This document shows, in pieces, positions 19,586-28,472 of a stretch of DNA of 64,000 nt (position 1 is the stretch's first letter; each line of letters opens with the position of its first letter). The notes under the pieces were generated by a model. It did not search any database, was not told the origin of the DNA, and saw only the letters and a list, made by a program, of their open reading frames with translations. Position numbers and translations under genes: made by a program. The stretch comes from a virus (taxonomy: Duplodnaviria > Heunggongvirae > Uroviricota > Caudoviricetes), in IMG/VR virus record IMGVR_UViG_3300021979_000001, positions 66,948 to 130,947 of that record, one strand, 5' to 3'.

Positions 19586-19620
19586 AAAAAAATACCCCCG
19601 TTTTATCGGGGGATATTTTT
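19586..19620. terminator. Bidirectional terminator
   Basis: CCCCCG/CGGGGG stem flanked by A- and T-tracts between convergent genes. Confidence 0.7.
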
Positions 19621-20062
19621 ATTCATCATCTGATGATGCAGGGTATTGAGTTAAAACCGTTTCAATCATGTCGTGAAACATGATCATGTTTCCGAGCAGG
19701 GCTTGCGGCGAAAATCCCGAAAGCATATCACGCGGGATCATTGCTGAAATACGGTTCAAAACCGCACGATATTCAGCCGCTTCCTGTTCAGCCGGAGAAA
19801 GTGTGTCCGTGTCGTCAACAATTTCCCAATCAGTTTCAACGATTGGACACGTGTTATACCAAACACATTCCCCGTTAGGGCCACCCATCCCCACGATGTG
19901 GGTATAGATTTCGTCACCCATCTTTTTTAATGTCGGTTTAGAAACGTAACGTTTTCCTTCTACCGACAAATTGGTTTTGGTTTTCGAACCGGCACCGCGC
20001 ACATGAATTTGGTAACACGGGCAATAATACAGCCCAGTCGGTTTATGCCGAATGCGCCACAT
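19619..20062 (-). CDS. Hypothetical phage protein
   Basis: 147-aa ORF, MWRIRHKPTGLYY start. Confidence 0.65.
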   Translation of the reverse strand: MWRIRHKPTGLYYCPCYQIHVRGAGSKTKTNLSVEGKRYVSKPTLKKMGDEIYTHIVGMGGPNGECVWYNTCPIVETDWEIVDDTDTLSPAEQEAAEYRAVLNRISAMIPRDMLSGFSPQALLGNMIMFHDMIETVLTQYPASSDDE

Positions 20063-20065
20063 GGT

Positions 20066-20740
20066 TTATTCCCCAGCAAGAAGTTGTGAGACGCGTTCAA
20101 ACGCACGTTGGTCAGGGTCATCCGTTCCCTTGGTCGTTTTGATGGCAATGGTGCCAATCACTGGCAAAAGGGCAGTCAATGCGGATTTTGATTTTTTCCA
20201 AACCGCGTCAACGTTTTCTTGATCGATGATGATCGATGTTGATGGTTCTTGCTTCAAAAACAAATCCTGCGGCAAAAAGGGATTGTCCAGCAACGTTTTT
20301 GAAATTTTTTCGAGCAATTTTTCATTTGTTGCATATTTTGGGTTGATCAGATACGTGGTCACGCCCTTATCAACCGTTGTCGTCCCTACGCGATATTTTT
20401 TCAGAACCTTTGCATCATCGCCGGAAATTGCCGAATTTTTCGGCTTCATTTTGAACATGCATGTTGCCGACACATCGCCGTCAATTCCTTCGAAACTTTT
20501 CGGGCGGGCCTTCGATGCCGTTACCGATTCAACAAAACAATTCAAAATTTCGTCTTTTGTCTTGTTTTCCTGATCGGCCTTGATTTTGTTCAGGTATCCG
20601 ATCACACTGTTGATAGCAGAAATGATTTCAATACCATTAATATCGACGACCGGCATACTTTCTTTCTTCTTCTTACTTTCGGTCGGGATCGTTTCAGCAT
20701 TTTTGAAAATATTCATCATAATCCCCAATGTGTATTTCAT
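20066..20740 (-). CDS. Hypothetical protein
   Basis: 224-aa ORF. Confidence 0.65.
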   Translation of the reverse strand: MKYTLGIMMNIFKNAETIPTESKKKKESMPVVDINGIEIISAINSVIGYLNKIKADQENKTKDEILNCFVESVTASKARPKSFEGIDGDVSATCMFKMKPKNSAISGDDAKVLKKYRVGTTTVDKGVTTYLINPKYATNEKLLEKISKTLLDNPFLPQDLFLKQEPSTSIIIDQENVDAVWKKSKSALTALLPVIGTIAIKTTKGTDDPDQRAFERVSQLLAGE

Positions 20741-20788
20741 TTCGTGAAGTTCAAAATAAACGCTACTAATAAAATTGTCAACATGTTT

Positions 20789-22561
20789 TTACACCAAAAA
20801 TGGCATTGGATCAGAATCAAATACTTCATCATCCGAAATGTGTTCAAGCATTTCTTGCATGTCAATTTGATTTGATATTGATTCTAGCATGCGAACGATC
20901 AGCAAGGTCGCGCTCACCAAGTCATCATGCTCACCCGGCTTCGCAGAAAATGATGATTCTTTACGAACATAATTTTTCAATTCACGCAGCAATTGCCGAG
21001 AATTAATTTTCATACGATCACTTTCAACCAAACTTTTCAACCGGGCACACGATGATAATTTCTTTTTATTTGTTGTATTCAACCCTTTGCGAACACGGCG
21101 AGTTTGACCTCTACGTTTCTTCTCGTTTACCATGATCCCAGGGAATCGTTCAATACCAGTGTCCTCGATGACCAATAACACCGCCTCGCCTATCGAGTTG
21201 TTTTCGATAGTCCAATAAATTTCCGGTTCAAAATCACCAATATGATGTAATTCCGATTCAATAAACATCAGGATTCGCATCAAGGTCAACACTTGATCAC
21301 GCACTGGTGTGGTGTTATGTTGCCATTCGGCTACCTGCACCATGCCAGGCATTTCAAAAACTTGAATTGCCGCATTATCTCCTCCCGTTCCTAATGACGG
21401 ATCAAGACTCACCATATACACTTTTCCCGGTTCCGGTTCCTTATACCAACGCACAGTCCCGGTATAAAATTCAGGTTCTCGATAATCAAGTCGCGACAAG
21501 CATAATGACGACACCAGCGTTTCATCATCAGAAATAAATTCACAGCAAAATTCCTGCCTAAATCGGGCTTCCCCTAATTGCTCTCGGTAAGGTCGCGCCC
21601 AGTCTTCATCCCGTTCGGGATGCTCCCACCATGGAATACAAACCGGATAAAACCCGTTTTTACCAACCCCGCCATCATTAATATTACCATATTCATCCGT
21701 ATTATTAATCGCGCCTTTCCAAATTTGAGCGAACATATCCTCGTCCGATTTTGGTGTAGACGTGATAATGCATGATCCACCCGTTGAAAGTGTCGGTTGA
21801 ATAGCGGTAAAAAATTCAGTCTGTTTATTTGGTGGGACAAATGCAAATTCGTCCATGTAAAGTAATGTAATAGATAAACCACGACCCGCATCAGCAGATG
21901 TCGCACGACATGTAATTTTAGAATTATTGTCAAAAACAATAGTTCCTTTATTATATTCAGTGACGCCACATCTGATATAATCCGGGACGTTTTTATATGC
22001 ATACTTGATACGATCCATAATTTCGAGTGCTTGGCTTAACTTATTTGCCACAACAAGAATTGTCGTATCTTTAACAAACATAGCACGCCATAATAAGTAT
22101 GCGGCAGCACACGTCGTATTATGAGACAATATACCATCGGTATAATACAAATGATTCATTTTATCATTTGGATCATCCGTGTTAACTTCAACGCAATACA
22201 TATGGGTTCGGATATTTAATGATCGGGATGCAACTACTTCTTCTACACCATCTGATGTTTTAATTCGATCACCCGGCACCAAATCCATCATCCAGGCACA
22301 ACTATGATCTTCCCGGATCACACGATGCTTATCCGCAGCATATAACGTCTTCGTGCTAGTCTTTAATTCCCATACTTCATACGGAACTGTGCGAAATGCC
22401 CGATGAACCGTCCCAAAATCACTCTTGAAATTATGCTCTTGAATATGTGTGAATTTTTTAACATCGTTCGCAGAAATTTCATTTTTATTTCTATGATCGT
22501 TGTCTAAAATCCATAATGCAGCTTTAATCAAAATAATTAATAGTCTATTAATCATAACCAT
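20789..22561 (-). CDS. terL: Terminase large subunit, C-terminal half (IntC + C-extein)
   Basis: After HN/T: TTCAAAYLLW, GRGLSITLLYMDEFAF (Walker B), TSTP, nuclease VSLDPSLGTGGDNAA and HDDLV motifs of T4 gp17. Confidence 0.95.
   Translation of the reverse strand: MVMINRLLIILIKAALWILDNDHRNKNEISANDVKKFTHIQEHNFKSDFGTVHRAFRTVPYEVWELKTSTKTLYAADKHRVIREDHSCAWMMDLVPGDRIKTSDGVEEVVASRSLNIRTHMYCVEVNTDDPNDKMNHLYYTDGILSHNTTCAAAYLLWRAMFVKDTTILVVANKLSQALEIMDRIKYAYKNVPDYIRCGVTEYNKGTIVFDNNSKITCRATSADAGRGLSITLLYMDEFAFVPPNKQTEFFTAIQPTLSTGGSCIITSTPKSDEDMFAQIWKGAINNTDEYGNINDGGVGKNGFYPVCIPWWEHPERDEDWARPYREQLGEARFRQEFCCEFISDDETLVSSLCLSRLDYREPEFYTGTVRWYKEPEPGKVYMVSLDPSLGTGGDNAAIQVFEMPGMVQVAEWQHNTTPVRDQVLTLMRILMFIESELHHIGDFEPEIYWTIENNSIGEAVLLVIEDTGIERFPGIMVNEKKRRGQTRRVRKGLNTTNKKKLSSCARLKSLVESDRMKINSRQLLRELKNYVRKESSFSAKPGEHDDLVSATLLIVRMLESISNQIDMQEMLEHISDDEVFDSDPMPFLV
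22118..22561 (-). mobile_element. Split intein, C-terminal part (about 148 aa)
   Basis: Block B-like LYAADKH, block F MYCVEV, block G YYTDGILSHN followed by Thr+1. Confidence 0.9.
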
Positions 22562-22579
22562 TACAGTAGTTGTTTATGA

Positions 22580-22631
22580 TATTTATGCATAAATGGCAGA
22601 AAATAAGGAAAAACTGAAATTCACATAAATA
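22580..22631. promoter_or_regulatory. Divergent T4-like late promoters with a 14-bp palindrome
   Basis: CATAAATA on minus (22580-22587) and plus (22624-22631); ATTTATGCATAAAT palindrome 22581-22594. Confidence 0.55.
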
Positions 22632-22659
22632 TTAACAACGTTTATGTCGGGATAATCCA

Positions 22660-23580
22660 ATGGAATTGTGTGAACTATTCAACAATAAAACCAAACTTAC
22701 CGAGTTTATTGAAACTCGATCATTATATGACATAGCATATAACGAATTTTTGATTGCTATCCATAAATCAGCAACTTATGTAAAAAATAATAATGCTACC
22801 GACAGTTATTGGAAAGGAACAGTTCTTGATTTCATTCGAAATGCAGCAAATAAAACAATGGAATCAATTAATGAGAACTTTACTAACCATACCGTTACTA
22901 TGTTAGTAAAAGTTGTTAAAAGTTCTTCTATTGCTTCTGGGGGGGCATTTTCTATCTATAGCGATAGCACTTCTGCAATTAATATAAACATACCAGCCTC
23001 TTTTTTTGACAATGGGGCAGATTGGTTTGTCAATTTAATTGAAAATGGTGGGGATATTACATTCGCTAAAAATGCAGCACGAGTGTTGACACATGAATAC
23101 ATTCACCTCATGCAGCAATTGCAAATAACAAATAATATTTCTGCAACATCCGAAGTCCCAAAATTTAAGCGTGCATTAAAAAGAATTGGTAGTCCTAAAA
23201 AAATGGATAAATGGAATTACGATTCTCTTAACCATATGAAAAATAACCCAACCGATTATTATACACCTGATGAACAACAGGATGCCAAGGCAACATTATA
23301 TTTGTCTGGAAAAGATGAAGTGGATGCACATGCCTTAAATTCGGCACAAGAAATGATCGATGTTTTTGGATCAGCAACCAATGCACTAACTTATTTGACG
23401 CCAGGGAGATCGAAAGACCTGTTTAAAGAAATGAAAAATATACCACATCTTTACCAATTTCTGTTTTATGTGGGTCATAAATCCGCAACAAAATCATCAA
23501 AAAAACTGTTCTTTAAACGATTATATGCACACCTCAAACATTACCAAGATGCGGAACAACAAAATAATACCCCGGTGTAA
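22660..23580 (+). CDS. Zincin-like metallopeptidase
   Basis: VLTHEYIHLMQ (HExxH) with downstream Y-LSGKDEVDAHA third-ligand motif; leader MELCELF...LTE. Confidence 0.7.
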   Translation: MELCELFNNKTKLTEFIETRSLYDIAYNEFLIAIHKSATYVKNNNATDSYWKGTVLDFIRNAANKTMESINENFTNHTVTMLVKVVKSSSIASGGAFSIYSDSTSAININIPASFFDNGADWFVNLIENGGDITFAKNAARVLTHEYIHLMQQLQITNNISATSEVPKFKRALKRIGSPKKMDKWNYDSLNHMKNNPTDYYTPDEQQDAKATLYLSGKDEVDAHALNSAQEMIDVFGSATNALTYLTPGRSKDLFKEMKNIPHLYQFLFYVGHKSATKSSKKLFFKRLYAHLKHYQDAEQQNNTPV

Positions 23581-23595
23581 TTTCCGGGGTATTAT
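23564..23595. terminator. Bidirectional terminator
   Basis: 12-bp stem ATAATACCCCGG / CCGGGGTATTAT between convergent genes. Confidence 0.75.
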
Positions 23596-23598
23596 CAT

Positions 23599-24657
23599 TT
23601 ACATCATGAAGCCGATGCACATGCCTAATATCTTATCTGGATTTGTTCTATAATCATCTTCCCAAACAACCATCACATCGTAACCCTTATCTTTTAATTC
23701 ATCGAGTTTCTTTTTATCATATTCCCATTTTTCACTTGCTATAAATTGTCTTTTACCTTTAATTATATCAGTTGGTTTATAATATTTTGGGTTTGCGTGC
23801 CAATAATCCCCATTGAACTCAATAATTTTTTTAGATTGCTCACATAGACAATCAACTTTATAGATAGACGATCCTCGAATTGATCTTTCTTCTTTACCAT
23901 ATAATAATTTTTTATTTACAGATTTTTCTACTTCTTCAAATAAAGTAAACGACATTTTAGAATATCCACTATACATCCCTGATTTTTGTAGCGAATCTAA
24001 CCATTTTTCCTGGCGTTGTGTAAACCGTTCTTGTCCTTCATCTTCGCCATACCGTTCGACAAATTTTTCCAACGTATTCGTTGTTTGTCGTTCCTTTACC
24101 AGTTTTATCGCATCATCTTCGGTATGACCTTTATTAATCCAATATTCTTTCTGATTAGGGCGAAGATGGTATGTTGGGTCTTTTTCTTTGCGTTCGCGCA
24201 ATGTTTCCATAGCGCGGTCAATTCGATCTGTGTTTTCAGCATGCCATTTGGCAGAACAAGAAAACCCACAAAAGGCCGGGTATGACCATTTCATTTGTTG
24301 AAATTTCACTGATTTATGACATTGTTTACAAAATGGTTCGGCTCTTGCGGAACCATATTTTTCATCATTATGCAATTCATGCCATTCATCTGGCATATAT
24401 TTTTCGCCATATTGTAAAAAATATTCTTCATTTGTCATGCCAAGGTCAGTAATAGACCTGGCAAGATATTTTCGGGCAGCAAACCAAGTTTTGATGATAG
24501 GATTGTAATATTTCTTTTCGGCAAAGTTATAACTGCCTTCGCGAAAATAATGACCCGGATGATGTTCTTCCCCATGCTTTCGAAAACCATCCGGGCCACC
24601 AGTTAACTGTTCTTTACAAAGATTGCATGTTACTTTTTGTCTTATTCGTGTAGTCAT
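23599..24657 (-). CDS. Free-standing Vsr/DUF559-like homing endonuclease
   Basis: KVDCL...IIEFNGDYWHANP...KGYDVMVVWEDD nuclease domain; CxxC zinc-binding segments; lies between the split intein halves. Confidence 0.8.
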   Translation of the reverse strand: MTTRIRQKVTCNLCKEQLTGGPDGFRKHGEEHHPGHYFREGSYNFAEKKYYNPIIKTWFAARKYLARSITDLGMTNEEYFLQYGEKYMPDEWHELHNDEKYGSARAEPFCKQCHKSVKFQQMKWSYPAFCGFSCSAKWHAENTDRIDRAMETLRERKEKDPTYHLRPNQKEYWINKGHTEDDAIKLVKERQTTNTLEKFVERYGEDEGQERFTQRQEKWLDSLQKSGMYSGYSKMSFTLFEEVEKSVNKKLLYGKEERSIRGSSIYKVDCLCEQSKKIIEFNGDYWHANPKYYKPTDIIKGKRQFIASEKWEYDKKKLDELKDKGYDVMVVWEDDYRTNPDKILGMCIGFMM

Positions 24658-24709
24658 AGATTCTTTTCCCTAGGAAGTTCTATGACTATTTATCAAGTTG
24701 GAAACTGTT

Positions 24710-25120
24710 CTACGAATTGATTGTTATCGACAATAACTTTTTCTCTAAATAGTTTACGATCCGGTCTCTAATCCGCAGTTTTACAAGGTTTCCAATTTGT
24801 TCAACATCACCATCTTTTATTATACAAGTTTCATGTGTAGAACATTTGCCCATTTGCCGCGATGTCATTCCAATACTAAAACGATTTTCGTGGAATGCTT
24901 CGAGCATTTCGTGCTGGAAAGGATATAACTTGAAAGGCAGGGCACCTTTCGTTGGATGCTGAATTTTCACAAAACGATCAAAAAAGAAAAATGGATCAAC
25001 CGTGCATTTTGCAAGTTCTTGTGCTTCTTTTTTTGTATATGTCGAAACCGTATTTGGGCGTTTTACTTCATCATCTGGAATCATGTTATTTGACATTATT
25101 TTTAAAGGGGTTTCCCCCAT
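24710..25120 (-). CDS. terL: Terminase large subunit, N-terminal half (N-extein + IntN)
   Basis: DPFFF..FVKIQHPTKG..PFKLYPFQ..SRQMGK, then Cys1 of the intein. Confidence 0.95.
   Translation of the reverse strand: MGETPLKIMSNNMIPDDEVKRPNTVSTYTKKEAQELAKCTVDPFFFFDRFVKIQHPTKGALPFKLYPFQHEMLEAFHENRFSIGMTSRQMGKCSTHETCIIKDGDVEQIGNLVKLRIRDRIVNYLEKKLLSITINS
24713..24844 (-). mobile_element. Split intein, N-terminal part (44 aa)
   Basis: CSTHETCIIKDGDVEQIGNL block A directly after RQMGK; ORF stops 44 codons later. Confidence 0.85.
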
Positions 25121-25190
25121 CCTTTGTGTAGGTTTACCTTATATTTATGCGTTAAGTGCCAACATAACGTATCATTTGGTTAAATCCTTT

Positions 25191-25358
25191 TATAAATATC
25201 CATAAGAAGTTGTAACCGCACTTAAATTACCCATCTTGTGGCATGATTTCTTAGACCTTTGCTCGGCCCCTCCTAACCGCGTAAAGATATACGAAGAAGG
25301 CATAGAACGATCACAGTCCAGGCTGACTGACCTAAGCCGACGTGATCGTTCTTTTTTT
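25191..25358 (+). ncRNA. Candidate late small RNA with anti-SD-like motif
   Basis: TATAAATA 25191-25198; CCTCCT 25269-25274; long hairpin 25304-25352 followed by T7. Confidence 0.35.
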
Positions 25359-25410
25359 GTTGACTATTGTTTTATAAACAGTATCGTGGTAGTGTTTTTA
25401 ACCAATAGGT

Positions 25411-25950
25411 ATGATGATGTCTTCGACCAAAACGTTATATGTTTGTCGCAAATCTAAAAAGACATATAAATCAAAACATGGTTACCGCAATTTTATTAAA
25501 ATGCGGGCAATTAACCAATACGATAATCTGGTCAAGTCCTATATTATGGATTATTTCAGTCAAATCACATCATTAGATGAATTATCTATTTTGATTCATG
25601 AGTGTTATCCAATGGTGGTTCGAGTATTAAATGGACGTAATTGGATTTTTACCAAAACAAATGTCACTATTCCGGCAAACCATATCCATATACATCATAA
25701 TAATAAGACATATAATATTTCAAGGGAATGGCTTGACCAGTTACCACGCAACACTACCAAGGATTTGATACCCTGTTGGGGCATCATAATTGAAGTAGGT
25801 CAGTCAAATACCAATAGTTATTTTTCGGACGTGATGGATTATATGCCATTTATGGATGTGTCCATGGGTGTTGGTAACACCTATGTCGAATGCTTCATTC
25901 GCAAAGAATATAATGTCGCAATTGCGGTTATGGCAAAAATGAAATCATGA
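25411..25950 (+). CDS. Hypothetical protein
   Basis: 179-aa ORF; TTGACT-N16-TATCGT upstream (25360-25387). Confidence 0.65.
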   Translation: MMMSSTKTLYVCRKSKKTYKSKHGYRNFIKMRAINQYDNLVKSYIMDYFSQITSLDELSILIHECYPMVVRVLNGRNWIFTKTNVTIPANHIHIHHNNKTYNISREWLDQLPRNTTKDLIPCWGIIIEVGQSNTNSYFSDVMDYMPFMDVSMGVGNTYVECFIRKEYNVAIAVMAKMKS

Positions 25951-25957
25951 TTTGGAC

Positions 25958-25993
25958 AAAAAAAGCTGCATGAAATTAATCATGCAGCTTTTT
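25958..25993. terminator. Bidirectional terminator
   Basis: AAAAGCTGCATGA / TCATGCAGCTTTT. Confidence 0.75.
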
Positions 25994-25996
25994 CGG

Positions 25997-26389
25997 TTAC
26001 ATCAACTTTGATACCATTATCACAGTATCATCATTGAATAACAACTTATCTGGATTATCTGGATCAGCAATCATTATCAACAAACGGTTAAAAATGCTTT
26101 TGTTCGCAGAGAAAACGTTGTTGTAGTTTGCCTTCTCCATATAATGCCGTATTTGGCATAACTCAATATGGACGGGTTCCCATTGATCTTCTAGTCCATG
26201 ACACGAACAATGCGAGCCATTCACCCAGTATAGGTTACCATTTTTTATAAAGACAACATCTGCATCACCCTGATAAAACTCGTATTCGTATGATGCAAAT
26301 ATTACCACACCATCAATACTTGAAATACCAAACTCTTTACAAATGTCGCCATCGTTCGAAAATTCACCGTAATACATAATATCCTCCAT
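25997..26389 (-). CDS. Hypothetical phage protein
   Basis: 130 aa, ASYEYEFYQGDA..GSHCSCHGLEDQWEP motif; SD GGAGG; TTGACA-N18-TAGAAT at 26482-26453. Confidence 0.7.
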   Translation of the reverse strand: MEDIMYYGEFSNDGDICKEFGISSIDGVVIFASYEYEFYQGDADVVFIKNGNLYWVNGSHCSCHGLEDQWEPVHIELCQIRHYMEKANYNNVFSANKSIFNRLLIMIADPDNPDKLLFNDDTVIMVSKLM

Positions 26390-26478
26390 AACAAATTACC
26401 GGCAAAAGGGCATCTTTGCTATATTGGAATTACATCTTACGCCTTGAAACACATTCTATAATGTAATAACTTCATATG

Positions 26479-27081
26479 TCAATAATTATTTGCTGAACGG
26501 TGTTTACACTCTGTCATTATTTTCTTTTTGTATTCTATATATTCTTTCAAATGATTTGACGAATATGCTTTCATCATTGCCAGGGATGATTGATCTTCAA
26601 TGATTGCCTCTAATCCCATATGCAATGGTGTCGGCCATTCGCCGTATTCGCACCAGACATATCCCTGATTTTCCCAATTTAGAATTGGGGTAAATTCAGT
26701 ATCGATTATCCCGAGAAACGTAGTATAACGAAATGTATCTTGTTTAAATACATACAATTGATGTAGATCGAGTTTACCAGAATACTTAGTTTCTTCGTAG
26801 GCTTCACGAATGCATGCTTTTTTTAAGTCTTCATTAGGGTCAACGGCCCCACCCCATGATCCCCATGTATTGGCAGCATCAACATGCGCCGAACGATGGG
26901 CGATCAAAAACCGCCCGGTATCCTGTGCCATAAATATAAGACCAGCACCTGCGCGGCCCCAGAAACCAGTTTCCTGTTGTGCCTTTGCGTGTTCTTCATC
27001 ATGATCAACATAATCACTATCATCATCATCATCGGCATTATATTGCAATGTTTGTTCAATTAATTCGATTAAATCTCTCAT
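26479..27081 (-). CDS. Nudix hydrolase with capsid-targeting-like leader
   Basis: Nudix box GGAVDPNEDLKKACIREAYEET; leader MRDLIELIE. Confidence 0.85.
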   Translation of the reverse strand: MRDLIELIEQTLQYNADDDDDSDYVDHDEEHAKAQQETGFWGRAGAGLIFMAQDTGRFLIAHRSAHVDAANTWGSWGGAVDPNEDLKKACIREAYEETKYSGKLDLHQLYVFKQDTFRYTTFLGIIDTEFTPILNWENQGYVWCEYGEWPTPLHMGLEAIIEDQSSLAMMKAYSSNHLKEYIEYKKKIMTECKHRSANNY

Positions 27082-28472
27082 TATTCTTTCCCTATAAAAT
27101 CAATAGCAATAGCCTTAATTCGGTCAAGGAAAGCGTTTGACGGGTTTTCCAGTGTGTCACCATCATTATCCCGCACATCAATCACACGGACATTTAACGA
27201 GGTTTTTCCACTATATTCTGCGGTTGCTGTTCCATGTTGGTTACCGATTTTCCATGGGAAATTATAAGTCCCAGAAGAATCGGCAATTTCGTCATCGAAA
27301 TCTTCTGTGATTGTTTCTAATTGTTTACGAGAAATAAACATTTCATCACCATCGGCCACGACGCCACCAAGACGCCGATGTATTGCGGGAACTTGTTTTT
27401 TGTTCGCAACATTTGGTAGATACGAATACAACCCGAGATATTCTGGATCAATTGTTTGTAACACCACCCGATACAAGTCCATACCCAATCCTTGATTACG
27501 GTATTTCCGGTCAATTTCCACGCTTTCAATATACATCCACTTAGACTTTTTTTTGCGCACGGGCCTTAGTGACATGTGACCAATCTGTTTATTATCATCG
27601 GTCCAAACAGTGTAGTAGTTTGGGTGATCAATGGTGTTGACCGCAATTTTAAAATTATCCTTTTCCCATACAATATGTTTTCCTTCCCACATAGAATATG
27701 AGTCGTCTGTTTCTTCCATCAACTCTGCGTATCTGGACATGACGAGTTGATCGTTTTCTGTATTATTTTTGATTTTTTTTAGAAATTCAGTGCCTTTAAA
27801 TCCTGGCAGATAAACTGATTTTCCCGAATACGCATCGCGCACTGTGACATTACCAAGGGAATCATCTTCGTATGCAAAGCGATGTTCATTTTGTTCGACC
27901 AACGTTGAAATATCATTTTCATTGTTACGTTTAAGTTTTTCTTGCAATGAATATAATAATGTTTGCACATCTTCTTCTGAAATTCCCATACGACCAGCGA
28001 TTTTTTGCTTTCCAGACAATGACATTTTAATACCTGAAACGATTTCGTCATCCGCAATACCGGCTCTTGTTAAGATATTATGTAGCTGTTCAATATCACC
28101 GCCATCTTCGTTTAATCGGCTTGGGTCATCAAGTGCATTATCGGCATAGTTTCCGGTATAACGCACCTTGTTTGATGATTTTGACGAGAAATCATATGCA
28201 CTAATTTTCATATCACGCTTTTTACGATCTGGTGATGATTTACGATAATCGAAATCTGCATTTTCGGACATATTACTGTGATATTCGACATACGTTTGCA
28301 ATTGCCGGGGAGACAAAGAATTTGTTGCTCTAGCCGCATTATTGATTGCAGTATTATGATCAAACCCATCATCAATAAGGTCTTGATAGATGCGGGCACC
28401 TGTTATTAGTGCCCGTCTATTAATCATTTGTTTAGCATGGGTTACAAAATCTTCTGATAATGCCATAATCAA
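27081..28472 (-). CDS. Multidomain probable virion protein with an embedded GNAT acetyltransferase
   Basis: IESVEIDRKYRNQGLGMDLY (GNAT motif A); modules separated by LNE/LVE/LME/ITE. Confidence 0.65.
   Translation of the reverse strand: MIMALSEDFVTHAKQMINRRALITGARIYQDLIDDGFDHNTAINNAARATNSLSPRQLQTYVEYHSNMSENADFDYRKSSPDRKKRDMKISAYDFSSKSSNKVRYTGNYADNALDDPSRLNEDGGDIEQLHNILTRAGIADDEIVSGIKMSLSGKQKIAGRMGISEEDVQTLLYSLQEKLKRNNENDISTLVEQNEHRFAYEDDSLGNVTVRDAYSGKSVYLPGFKGTEFLKKIKNNTENDQLVMSRYAELMEETDDSYSMWEGKHIVWEKDNFKIAVNTIDHPNYYTVWTDDNKQIGHMSLRPVRKKKSKWMYIESVEIDRKYRNQGLGMDLYRVVLQTIDPEYLGLYSYLPNVANKKQVPAIHRRLGGVVADGDEMFISRKQLETITEDFDDEIADSSGTYNFPWKIGNQHGTATAEYSGKTSLNVRVIDVRDNDGDTLENPSNAFLDRIKAIAIDFIGKE

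Noticed and set aside
22562-24712. Group I or II intron interrupting terL
   Set aside because: Both halves carry protein-level intein blocks with their own stop, start and promoter; no intron core motifs or reverse transcriptase seen.
25236-25457. 73-aa plus-strand ORF
   Set aside because: Runs through a terminator-like hairpin and overlaps the next gene; treated as spurious, but it is the alternative to the sRNA call.
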